Shown piece after piece: positions 27,894-36,395 of a DNA stretch of 64,000 nucleotides. The notes below the pieces were generated by a model. The model had not been told where the DNA came from and searched no databases. It saw nothing but the letters and a program-made list of their open reading frames with translations. The position numbers and the translations under genes were made by a program. Every line of letters begins with the position of its first letter. Positions within the stretch are counted from its first letter, which is position 1. The stretch comes from Deltaproteobacteria bacterium HGW-Deltaproteobacteria-13 (lineage in GTDB: Bacteria > Desulfobacterota > Syntrophia > Syntrophales > Smithellaceae): NCBI GenBank assembly GCA_002840555.1, contig PHBJ01000005.1:570698-634697 (forward strand). Reading direction: 5' to 3'.

Positions 27894-28838
27894 ATGTTTG
27901 ATCGTCCCGATATTTCTATTGTTGTGCCGGTATATGGAAGCGACAGTACGCTGGCGCCTCTTTATGAAAGGATTGCCGCCGCGGCAACCCGGATTCCGGC
28001 CAGTTTCGAGTTGATCTTCGTTGATGACGGCGGTCCGGGCCGTCCGTGGGAGCTGATCAATGAATTGGCAAAGCGTGACCCGAGAGTGACCGGCTTAAAA
28101 ATGTCAAGAAACTTCGGCCAACACAGAGCCATTATGGCGGGTGTCGACATCGCGCGGGGAAATTGGCTGGTGATCATGGATTGCGATTTGCAGGACCGCC
28201 CGGAAGAAATTCCCCGTTTGTGGGGCAAGGCACAGGAGGGGCATGATGTTGTTGTCGGCCGAAGGGTGGAAAGGCAGGACCGCATTTTTGAACGCCTGTC
28301 TTCCCGTTTATTTCATTGGTTTTTCGGTTATCTGACTGATCAAAAAAGTGACGCCGCCCAGGCAACCTTTGGCATCTACGCCCGCAAAGTTGTCGATTCA
28401 GTCAAGAGGTTATCGGAGCAGCCGGGTATTTTCCCTCTTCTGGTTCGGCAGACGGGTTTTCAGGTAACAACCATTGCTATTGCGCATGACAAGCGCGCTG
28501 ACGGCAAATCAAGTTATACACTCGGCCGTAAATTATCGCTGGCACGGGATATTATTGTTTCCTGCTCTGACACACCGCGGGGAAGGCGCCTCCAGCGCAT
28601 GTCCTTCATGGCTGTTGCCGCTTTTTGTTTCGGATCAGCGTTTCTTGTCCGCTATTTTTTATTTGATGATACCCCTGCCGCCTGGACCGGCGCGACGGTT
28701 TCATTATTCTTTCTATCCGGAATTATTCTTTTGGGGATGGGCATTCGGGGCATTTACACCGGCCGGATTTTTAATCACGTCAAGGAAAGACCTCTCTATG
28801 CTGTAAAAGATCGTACACCCATGTCTGTTAAAAAATGA
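27894..28838 (+). CDS. GT2 polyprenyl-phosphate glycosyltransferase (ArnC/GtrB-like)
   Basis: ISIVVPVYG, FVDDGGP and the DxD motif MDCDLQD. Two C-terminal TM helices, as in ArnC/GtrB/DPM1-like enzymes. Confidence 0.85.
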   Translation: MFDRPDISIVVPVYGSDSTLAPLYERIAAAATRIPASFELIFVDDGGPGRPWELINELAKRDPRVTGLKMSRNFGQHRAIMAGVDIARGNWLVIMDCDLQDRPEEIPRLWGKAQEGHDVVVGRRVERQDRIFERLSSRLFHWFFGYLTDQKSDAAQATFGIYARKVVDSVKRLSEQPGIFPLLVRQTGFQVTTIAIAHDKRADGKSSYTLGRKLSLARDIIVSCSDTPRGRRLQRMSFMAVAAFCFGSAFLVRYFLFDDTPAAWTGATVSLFFLSGIILLGMGIRGIYTGRIFNHVKERPLYAVKDRTPMSVKK

Positions 28839-28872
28839 TTCTTTATAAAATTTCATCGACGACCCGGCATCA

Positions 28873-30846
28873 TCACTGAATTTTGATGACAAAGTAAGCC
28901 GTGTAGGCCGCAAACGCCCAACAGGCAAAACAAGCGACGGCCGCACAGCGAATGATTCTGTTTCGCAGGAAAGGTTCGGAACCCGCGGCGACAAGGATAG
29001 CGTAACAGGGGAGCAGACCCAACGTGTAACTGGCTTTGGCGCCATAGATGGGATGCACCATGTAAATATCCATGATGACGGTCAAAAACAGCGCCAGGGT
29101 GCCTGTGGAAAATATGACGGCATTTCTGTAAACTGCCGCTTTATTGAGAAAGACGGAGATAACACCTGTCAAAATAAAGAGGCTCGGCAGCAAACCCAAC
29201 AGCGCTCCGGCAATCATAAAGTTTTCATTCCAGGGGATGAAGTCAATCAATCCCGAATTTAAACTATCCAGCCATAACGTCGAATAGAACATGTCCCAGA
29301 AACTTGTCACACCGGCATAGACAGGATAACCGAATGACTGACCGAAAGATAAAATATGCGACCATGTTCTATAACTGGGATCCTGCCACCAATGCAGCAT
29401 TTGCGAGTGTTCAAATACGACCGCAAAAGGATTGCCGATTTCCATGTAGTTTCGCAAATAATACCAGCCGGCAATCAGCATGGAAACGGAGAAGACAATC
29501 ATAACAGGCCTCAACGCCGACTTCAAAGGCTTTTGGATTAACCTCATGTGAGAAGCCAGAACAATGATCAAAACAAGCGCAAGCGGTACAGCGGTCATTT
29601 TCGAAAGAAGTGCTAATCCCCACACAACCCCTATCCAAACAAAATAGCCGGGTCGCCGTTCTTTTGCGCCGGGCATAATAAGAGACACGCATAAAAAAAT
29701 AACAAGAGATATCAAACATCCGGCAAGAGCTTCATTCCCCACGGACTGGCATACATAGGTGTGAATCGGCAGTAATGAACCTGCAACGATGGCGATGATC
29801 TGCAGATCTTTTCTATCCGCAAACACCAGCCGCGCCGTACGATACACTATCTCGATCTGCACAAGTCCGCAGGCAACGGGGATAATCCCCATGATCTTAA
29901 CGACCGCGGGAAAGTCCAGCCATTTGATCAGCAAAGCGTAAAGCGGGGCGCTTAACAGGTAATTGAGCGGCGCCTGAAACATCTGCCAGCCGTCCGGCGC
30001 CAGAGGAAGCGATCCTTTTGTTACAATATAATCAATATAGTCGATGTGTCCCCAGCCATCGGTGCCTACCTGATAATTAAGTTTGAACATATTGTTGAGC
30101 GCTAGCACCGCCCATAAAAACAGCAGCAGCCATCGGACATGAGACGGTTCCGGCCGGAAACGTAAAGACGTCCGGGCATCATCCCCCTGCCGGCTGTAGA
30201 ACAAAGAAATCATAAACGCGATTACAAATACGGCCAGGAGATAAGGCCATATTCTGATCAGTGATGCGGAGGCAGATGAAAACTTCCGCGATATTGACGC
30301 CTGTTTTATCCGCGAGGCGGGAACGGCCGTCTGCCAGTTTTTACCGTCATTGGACGCAAACCATCCGGATGGCGTCCTGATGGGCAAAGTTTCACTATAG
30401 GCGATAACAGCAGGATAAGAACTTTCACTCGTGACAATGATGATGATTTCATGAGGGCCGGCTTCAACCGCAAACGGCACTGCTACATCATGAACCTGTT
30501 TCCATTTATCAAATCCGTCCGGTGAAGAAAAAATATTGACGCCGTCAAAAAAAACCTGACATCGTTTCAGCGCCTGCAAAGTAATCCGGGCATTCTCAAT
30601 TTTTTCACTTGTATTAAAAATATATCTGAATTCGGACCATGTCTCGCTGGCCGGCTTTGCTTTCAGGTCAAATTCGTTATCATAGCTAATCCACTGAGCC
30701 CCGGCACGGTTGACCAGAAGAAGAACGTCCGGAGATTTTATATAGTACATCACCCTGAATCCGCCGAACACAACCGCAGCGATAATAAAGAGTATGGCAA
30801 GGGAAACAGGTTTTTTAAATATTTTAGAAAATATATTTTTGAGCAT
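28873..30846 (-). CDS. GT-C fold glycosyltransferase (ArnT/PMT, GT39/83-like) with an extra N-terminal extracytoplasmic domain
   Basis: 657 aa. A TM anchor, a soluble domain of about 180 aa, then about 11 TM helices with the first-loop motif GTDGWGHIDYIDYIV..GSLP typical of ArnT/PMT_2 proteins. Confidence 0.7.
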   Translation of the reverse strand: MLKNIFSKIFKKPVSLAILFIIAAVVFGGFRVMYYIKSPDVLLLVNRAGAQWISYDNEFDLKAKPASETWSEFRYIFNTSEKIENARITLQALKRCQVFFDGVNIFSSPDGFDKWKQVHDVAVPFAVEAGPHEIIIIVTSESSYPAVIAYSETLPIRTPSGWFASNDGKNWQTAVPASRIKQASISRKFSSASASLIRIWPYLLAVFVIAFMISLFYSRQGDDARTSLRFRPEPSHVRWLLLFLWAVLALNNMFKLNYQVGTDGWGHIDYIDYIVTKGSLPLAPDGWQMFQAPLNYLLSAPLYALLIKWLDFPAVVKIMGIIPVACGLVQIEIVYRTARLVFADRKDLQIIAIVAGSLLPIHTYVCQSVGNEALAGCLISLVIFLCVSLIMPGAKERRPGYFVWIGVVWGLALLSKMTAVPLALVLIIVLASHMRLIQKPLKSALRPVMIVFSVSMLIAGWYYLRNYMEIGNPFAVVFEHSQMLHWWQDPSYRTWSHILSFGQSFGYPVYAGVTSFWDMFYSTLWLDSLNSGLIDFIPWNENFMIAGALLGLLPSLFILTGVISVFLNKAAVYRNAVIFSTGTLALFLTVIMDIYMVHPIYGAKASYTLGLLPCYAILVAAGSEPFLRNRIIRCAAVACFACWAFAAYTAYFVIKIQ

Positions 30847-30856
30847 TTATAAAAGT

Positions 30857-30872
30857 ACCTTGATCAAAAACA
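30857..30872 (+). promoter_or_regulatory. Diverged copy of the CCTTGA..AAAAAC motif
   Basis: ACCTTGATCAAAAACA in the divergent spacer between the GT-C gene and the TMTC-like gene. Confidence 0.25.
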
Positions 30873-31255
30873 TGCGATCTGGAAGAAAAATAATTTATCA
30901 TCGCCCCAGCGAACAATTCATACAGCATAATCGAAACAGGACACCGGTTAAGCAACCATCCCATGATTCCGGATTCTCATCATCCGGCTTTATAAAAAAT
31001 TGCTTTAATTGCAAGGAAGTATAGGGATATCGTTTTTATGTGTCAATGGAAAACTCGGCGCACCGGCAAAGCCTTCGTCAGATATTGGATCAATATTCTC
31101 CGGCTACTTTCTTATTGACACACCTCAACCCCATCATATACATTTAAACCACATAAGCAAATTTTTATCAAAAAAGTCTTAAATAATGAATCCGTTAAGT
31201 CAAAAAAAGGTTCGCTAAAGCATTGGAAAGTCAACTTACGGGAAAAACCAGGCTT

Positions 31256-32827
31256 ATGCCATGGCTGGTTACTCTGGCCATACTCATCGCATTGCCTTAC
31301 GCACAAATGGCATCACACGAGTTCATCAACTGGGATGATTCTTTCTACATTTATAATAATCCTATCGTCTCCGCCGGGTTAAGCTGGATGGGCATGGGCT
31401 GGGCGTTTATCACCGGCACGGCGTCAAACTGGCATCCGGTGACATGGATAAGCCATATGCTGGATTCGAGTCTTTTCGGTCCCACACCCATGGCCGCTCA
31501 TCTGGTTAATATGGTTTGGTATATTGGCTGCGTCCTTTTGGCCTTTTTATTGTTTTTGCGACTTGATGCATCTCCCGGGGCTGCTTTTTTTATGGCTGCT
31601 TTTTTCGGGCTGCATCCTCTGCATGTTGAATCCGTGGCCTGGGCCTCCGAACGCAAGGACCTATTATGCGCCTTTTTCTTCCTGGCCGCCACACTGGCTT
31701 ATCTTAGTTACGCCCGCGAAAAAAAACGGTCTCTTTACTTTTTAACAACCGTTCTGTTTATTCTATCCCTGCTTTCCAAACCGATGGCCGTTACCTGGCC
31801 TTGCGTTGCTCTGCTTTTAGATTATTGGCCTCTCGGGCGCCTTCATCAGGAAGCCAGGAAGGCCATTTACGAAAAGATGCCCTGGTTCGCCCTCACCGTT
31901 CTTTCATCCCTGATTACGATCCTCGTCCAAAACAAAAACGAGGCGGTTAAATCGCTTGTTGACTTTTCCTTTACGGATCGCCTTGCCAACGCATTAATAT
32001 CCTACGGGGTCTATATACGCCAAAGTTTCCGGCCTGTCGATTTGACTGTTTTTTATCCGTATCCCTGGTCAATCAACACGACCGGCATTCTTGCGGCCTG
32101 CTGTGTCCTGGGACTCATCACCGTCGTTGCTTTCCGGCAAAGGCAGAAGCGTCCTTACCTTTTATGGGGATGGTTATTTTATCTGGGAGTTTTATTCCCG
32201 GTTATCGGATTTGTGCAGGTGGGTGTCCAAGCCCATGCCGATCGCTATACGCTGCTTCCGCAACTGGGATTAATTCTGGCAGCAGGACTTTTTCTCGATA
32301 AGGTTATAACCTATAAAAAAATCCGTCTCACGGTTACAGCCATAATGATTGTCGTCCTGGCCATACTGATGGTCCTGACATTCCGGCAGGTCTCTTACTG
32401 GAAGAACAGCAAAACTTTATTTTATCAAAACCTCAACGTGGCCGGTGAAAACGAATTGGCTCAATTCAACCTGGGTTCGGCCTATTTGGAAAATAATGAG
32501 CTTGAACCGGCTATCTCTCACTTCTTAGCGGCCGTGAAGATGAATCCCGCTGAGGTTACCTCTTATAATAATCTGGGCATCGCGTATGCCAAGTTGAACA
32601 AAACCGCTCTGGCCGAGGCGTGTTTTAAGCAGGCCATCGGGCTTGATCCGAACATAGCCCAGCCACATTTTCACCTGGCCCTTCTTAAAATCAACCAGGG
32701 GCTTTTCAGTGAAGCGATGATACAAATTGATGAAGCGATCCGGCTGGCCCCGGACTGGATCGAACTGAGAAAATTACGTGATCAGGTGAAAACATTATCT
32801 GCCAAACCTTTGTCCAAACCGAATTGA
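31256..32827 (+). CDS. TMTC-like GT-C membrane protein with C-terminal TPR repeats
   Basis: N-terminal loop motif HEFINWDDSFYIYNNP, about 11 TM helices, then about 4 TPRs (NLGSAYLENNELEPAISHF...NNLGIAYAKL...). ATG 31256 is preferred over the TTG at 31223. Confidence 0.7.
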   Translation: MPWLVTLAILIALPYAQMASHEFINWDDSFYIYNNPIVSAGLSWMGMGWAFITGTASNWHPVTWISHMLDSSLFGPTPMAAHLVNMVWYIGCVLLAFLLFLRLDASPGAAFFMAAFFGLHPLHVESVAWASERKDLLCAFFFLAATLAYLSYAREKKRSLYFLTTVLFILSLLSKPMAVTWPCVALLLDYWPLGRLHQEARKAIYEKMPWFALTVLSSLITILVQNKNEAVKSLVDFSFTDRLANALISYGVYIRQSFRPVDLTVFYPYPWSINTTGILAACCVLGLITVVAFRQRQKRPYLLWGWLFYLGVLFPVIGFVQVGVQAHADRYTLLPQLGLILAAGLFLDKVITYKKIRLTVTAIMIVVLAILMVLTFRQVSYWKNSKTLFYQNLNVAGENELAQFNLGSAYLENNELEPAISHFLAAVKMNPAEVTSYNNLGIAYAKLNKTALAEACFKQAIGLDPNIAQPHFHLALLKINQGLFSEAMIQIDEAIRLAPDWIELRKLRDQVKTLSAKPLSKPN

Positions 32828-32993
32828 AAATAACCTCTTCTTCACAAGATCACCGCAAAGCCCATCAAGGACCGTTGCCGTCCATAGCCGCAAGGACAGC
32901 TTGTTGCATGATCCGCTGTCAAAGCGCACGATCATTATAGTTCTCAAATATAAATCTCAGCGAATATACCTTGCAGCCCCGATCAATATTTCC

Positions 32994-33022
32994 TTGACAT
33001 AAAAAACGTAAGTTCTTAGAGT
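32994..33022 (+). promoter_or_regulatory. Sigma70-type promoter of radical SAM gene 1 (TTGACA-17-TAGAGT)
   Basis: Consensus -35 hexamer with 17-nt spacing. Paralogous to the promoter at 34529-34557. Confidence 0.5.
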
Positions 33023-33028
33023 CTTTCC

Positions 33029-33085
33029 ATGAAAACGCAATATCTTGTCAAATCAAATTTTGAAAGTTCTAAATTTTCTTCATGA
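33029..33085 (+). CDS. Candidate 18-codon leader sORF (MKTQYLVKSNFESSKFSS)
   Basis: The ATG lies 7 nt after the -10 hexamer, so the mRNA may be leaderless. The stop overlaps the rSAM1 start as ATGA. rSAM1 has no Shine-Dalgarno sequence of its own. Confidence 0.3.
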   Translation: MKTQYLVKSNFESSKFSS

Positions 33086-34464
33086 AAATTTTACTGGTCA
33101 ATCCCATTACCTCCAATATTTCCTTATCCTCACCGGATTTGGGGCTCGGCTATCTGGCCACGGCTCTGAAGAAAGAAAACCATCATGTTGATATACTGGA
33201 TTGTGTAAATCTCAGACTGACTTTTAAAAAATTTGAGGATTATATTGCTTGTCTTGATTTTGATGTTATCGGTTTCAAGGTATTTTCCACGGATTTATTT
33301 TCCGTTAAGACATCTTTGCAAATCGTTAGAAAGATAAAACCTGATGTTAAGATTATCCTCGGCGGCGCTCATCCTTCCGCCTTCCCGGAACAAACTCTGC
33401 AATATTTTGAAGAAGCCGATTTTGCGATCAGAGGCGAAGCAGAAACAGGATTGGCGGATTTAATAAGAAATTTTTCTAATCCGGATATGACTCCAAAAGA
33501 GAAGATCCCCGGTTTGATCTGGAGAAATAAGGGAGAAATCAGAAGCAACCCTCCTGTCTTCCCTCAATCTTTGGATTCTCTAGGGTCTCCTGACTGGAAT
33601 TTAATCAATCCCTGCAATTATCCTTTCCAAACATCTTATCTTATAAAATCAAAAATTGTGGCTCCTCTCATTATGACCAGGGGATGCCCTCACCGGTGCA
33701 CCTTCTGCTCCAGCCGCTCGGTAACCGGGCACAAGATAAGGTCTCATAGCGTGTCTTATATTATAGAGGAAATAAAATTTCTGAAATCAAATTTCGGAAT
33801 AAAAGAAGTATGTTTTATTGATGATAATTTTCTTGTTCTCAAACCTCTGGTCGAGGATCTGTGCAAACAGATGATCAAACAGGAGCTCGGCATCAAGTGG
33901 TCTTGTTTTGGCATTCGCCTGGATCTGATTGATCAAGACATATTAAGGTTAATGGAAAAATCCGGCTGCTACTTATTAACCGTTGGGATAGAATCGGGAT
34001 CTCAGCGAATTCTCGATCATATGAAAAGAAATTTAACTCTTGATGTTATTAAGGAAAAAATAACCCTTATTCATATTCAAACGAATATCAGAATTATCGC
34101 CAATTTTATTATGGGCTATCCGATGGAGGAACAGGAGGATATTTATAAAACCATCCGCTTTGCCAAGAGCCTGCCCCTCTACGGCGCTAATTTTTACACC
34201 TTTCAGCCCATGCCCGGCACTGAGATATTTGACGAACTGATTGCGAAAAAAGAATTAAAAGTTATTAATTGGGACCTGATGGGACAAGACCGAATGCCCT
34301 TTATTCCTCAGGGCATCTCTCAACAAAAATTCAAATGGTTATTTTTCCTGGCCTTCATGAATTTTTATGCAAGGCCCAAAATTATTTTAAATGTTCTTCT
34401 GGCAACCCGGTCCCTGGAAAGATTAAAATACATCTTTTACCGAATCTTCAGAATCATTAAATGA
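33082..34464 (+). CDS. B12-binding domain radical SAM protein 1
   Basis: N-terminal cobalamin-binding-type Rossmann segment (MKILLVNP...IILGGAHPS). The CxxxCxxC motif is GCPHRCTFC. Amphipathic/hydrophobic C-terminal tail. Confidence 0.85.
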   Translation: MKILLVNPITSNISLSSPDLGLGYLATALKKENHHVDILDCVNLRLTFKKFEDYIACLDFDVIGFKVFSTDLFSVKTSLQIVRKIKPDVKIILGGAHPSAFPEQTLQYFEEADFAIRGEAETGLADLIRNFSNPDMTPKEKIPGLIWRNKGEIRSNPPVFPQSLDSLGSPDWNLINPCNYPFQTSYLIKSKIVAPLIMTRGCPHRCTFCSSRSVTGHKIRSHSVSYIIEEIKFLKSNFGIKEVCFIDDNFLVLKPLVEDLCKQMIKQELGIKWSCFGIRLDLIDQDILRLMEKSGCYLLTVGIESGSQRILDHMKRNLTLDVIKEKITLIHIQTNIRIIANFIMGYPMEEQEDIYKTIRFAKSLPLYGANFYTFQPMPGTEIFDELIAKKELKVINWDLMGQDRMPFIPQGISQQKFKWLFFLAFMNFYARPKIILNVLLATRSLERLKYIFYRIFRIIK

Positions 34465-34528
34465 TCTCTTTTTTTAATCTGTGCTTCCGGTATCCTTTTC
34501 CCCCTGTCATCCGACGCCTTTATATTCC

Positions 34529-34557
34529 TTGACACGAAAAATCGTATTACTTATACT
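34529..34557 (+). promoter_or_regulatory. Sigma70-type promoter of radical SAM gene 2 (TTGACA-17-TATACT)
   Basis: Near-consensus hexamers with 17-nt spacing. Confidence 0.55.
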
Positions 34558-34565
34558 TCGATGCC

Positions 34566-34635
34566 TTGAAAACAAATATTTTATTTGTAACGCATCATGA
34601 AATCTAAACCAGCAAGGGGTTATATTTGTTTTCAA
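34566..34635 (+). promoter_or_regulatory. Perfect 14-bp inverted repeat in the rSAM2 leader
   Basis: TTGAAAACAAATAT (34566-34579) and ATATTTGTTTTCAA (34622-34635), separated by 42 nt. Confidence 0.5.
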
Positions 34636-34688
34636 AATAATAAAATAAATTCAAATACTCGCTGTATCGTTGTCTGCCGATAAATTAT

Positions 34689-36194
34689 ATGAAAATAGCT
34701 TTTGCCTCCATTGCCTATGAATCCCTGGCGATATCCATATTATCCGCCATCGCGAAAAAAGAAGGTCACTCCGTAAAATTGCTTCACACCCCGACCCTGT
34801 TCAAAGACGGCCTGACCAGGGAATTTAAACGGCTGGCTAGATTCTTCAGCATCGACAGCGAAATATTTAAACAGCTTAAAGCTTACCAGCCCGACTTGAT
34901 CGCCTTTTCCGTCGTAACGTTTGATTATCAACGAGCGCTGCACTATGCTGAAATTTTTAAAAAGATTTGCCCTGACGCGAAAATTGTATTTGGCGGCATA
35001 CATGTTTCTTCTGTTCCCGAAATAGTGATCGCCAACGAATTCATCGATTATATCGTCATCGGTGAAGGAGAGATTGCCTTCCGCGAAATTATTAAACATA
35101 TTGAAAAAGGCGATTCATGCGAACCGATCGTCAACACCTGGTATAAATCCAAAAACAATACCATCATTAAAGGCCGGCAGGCCGCTTTTATTCAAGACCT
35201 GGATTCCCTTCCTCATTTCGATAATGAAATATGGAAAGACGTCTGGCCATTGAATTCATATTATCTGACAATGACTTCCAGGGGATGTCCTTACAACTGT
35301 TCTTATTGCTTCAATCATTTTTTCAGAAATATTCCCGAAGAAAAATCAAATTACATCCGGCGAAGAAGCGTTAAACATGTCATGGAAGAATTAAATATCT
35401 ACAAGAAAAAATTCAAATTTAAAGTAATTGAATTCTGGGATGACATTTTTATTTTTGACAAAAAATGGCTGAAAGAATTTCTGGAAGCGTATAGAAAAGA
35501 AATTGCCATACCCTTCAAATGTTACATCCACGTGAATCTATTGGATGAAGATATCGCCATACAACTGAAAGATGCCGGCTGCAAATGGGTGGATTTTGGA
35601 ATTCAAAACATCAATGAAGAATACCGTAAAAAATATTTAAAGCGCAATGAAACAAACGCCAATATCGTTAACGCCCTCAAAATTCTGAAAAAGCATAAAA
35701 TTGTTTCCTTTGCCGATTATATTATTGGAATGCCCGGAGATACGATAGAGCATTACGAGGAAGCAAGGCTTTTCTTTATTGAAAACATGCCGGATATCAT
35801 TGAACCTTACTGGATGACTTATCATCCCAAAACTGAAATTATTGAAAAAGGATTTGAGCACCATATTTTGAACGATGAAAAAATGGATCTCGTTAATCAT
35901 GGATATAATCCTCACGGCTATTTTGAAAGCTCCATGGCATCGAAAGATTTCCACAGCGAGTACTATTTCATCCTTAAGGTTCTCCCCTCTCTGCCGGTCT
36001 TTTTAAGAAAGAAACTAACTTACAGCGTCTCCAAAAAGATACCTTATCCCGTCAAACTGCCTATTTTTGTTTATTCTATTTTTTATCTGGCTATAAAACA
36101 TAGAAGTCCCCGGATAAAACTTTTCCTGGCACTATATATGAAACAAGTTATCTGGATATTGAAATCGAAGCTTTTCAGCAAACAGAATATTTGA
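34689..36194 (+). CDS. B12-binding domain radical SAM protein 2
   Basis: MKIAFASI...IVFGGIHVS B12-type N-domain. The CxxxCxxC motif is GCPYNCSYC. A hydrophobic C-terminal tail of about 70 aa. Confidence 0.85.
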   Translation: MKIAFASIAYESLAISILSAIAKKEGHSVKLLHTPTLFKDGLTREFKRLARFFSIDSEIFKQLKAYQPDLIAFSVVTFDYQRALHYAEIFKKICPDAKIVFGGIHVSSVPEIVIANEFIDYIVIGEGEIAFREIIKHIEKGDSCEPIVNTWYKSKNNTIIKGRQAAFIQDLDSLPHFDNEIWKDVWPLNSYYLTMTSRGCPYNCSYCFNHFFRNIPEEKSNYIRRRSVKHVMEELNIYKKKFKFKVIEFWDDIFIFDKKWLKEFLEAYRKEIAIPFKCYIHVNLLDEDIAIQLKDAGCKWVDFGIQNINEEYRKKYLKRNETNANIVNALKILKKHKIVSFADYIIGMPGDTIEHYEEARLFFIENMPDIIEPYWMTYHPKTEIIEKGFEHHILNDEKMDLVNHGYNPHGYFESSMASKDFHSEYYFILKVLPSLPVFLRKKLTYSVSKKIPYPVKLPIFVYSIFYLAIKHRSPRIKLFLALYMKQVIWILKSKLFSKQNI

Positions 36195-36281
36195 TAATAT
36201 TACCGAACACAGACTCTTGGGGTTTATCTGTATTCAGAATAAAATTTTGCGGGAGTTCGTAAAGGATTCATATGGATTTAC

Positions 36282-36357
<76 letters not shown>

Positions 36358-36395
36358 ATCAAGTTTTTACATGATTGAAAATTCTGGAATTTAGC

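Noticed and set aside
34461-34532. A 23-codon ORF (MISFFNLCFRYPFPPVIRRLYIP) overlapping the rSAM1 stop as ATGA.
   Set aside because: It runs through the -35 region of the rSAM2 promoter and has no counterpart near rSAM1. It is less well supported than the leader sORFs reported above.
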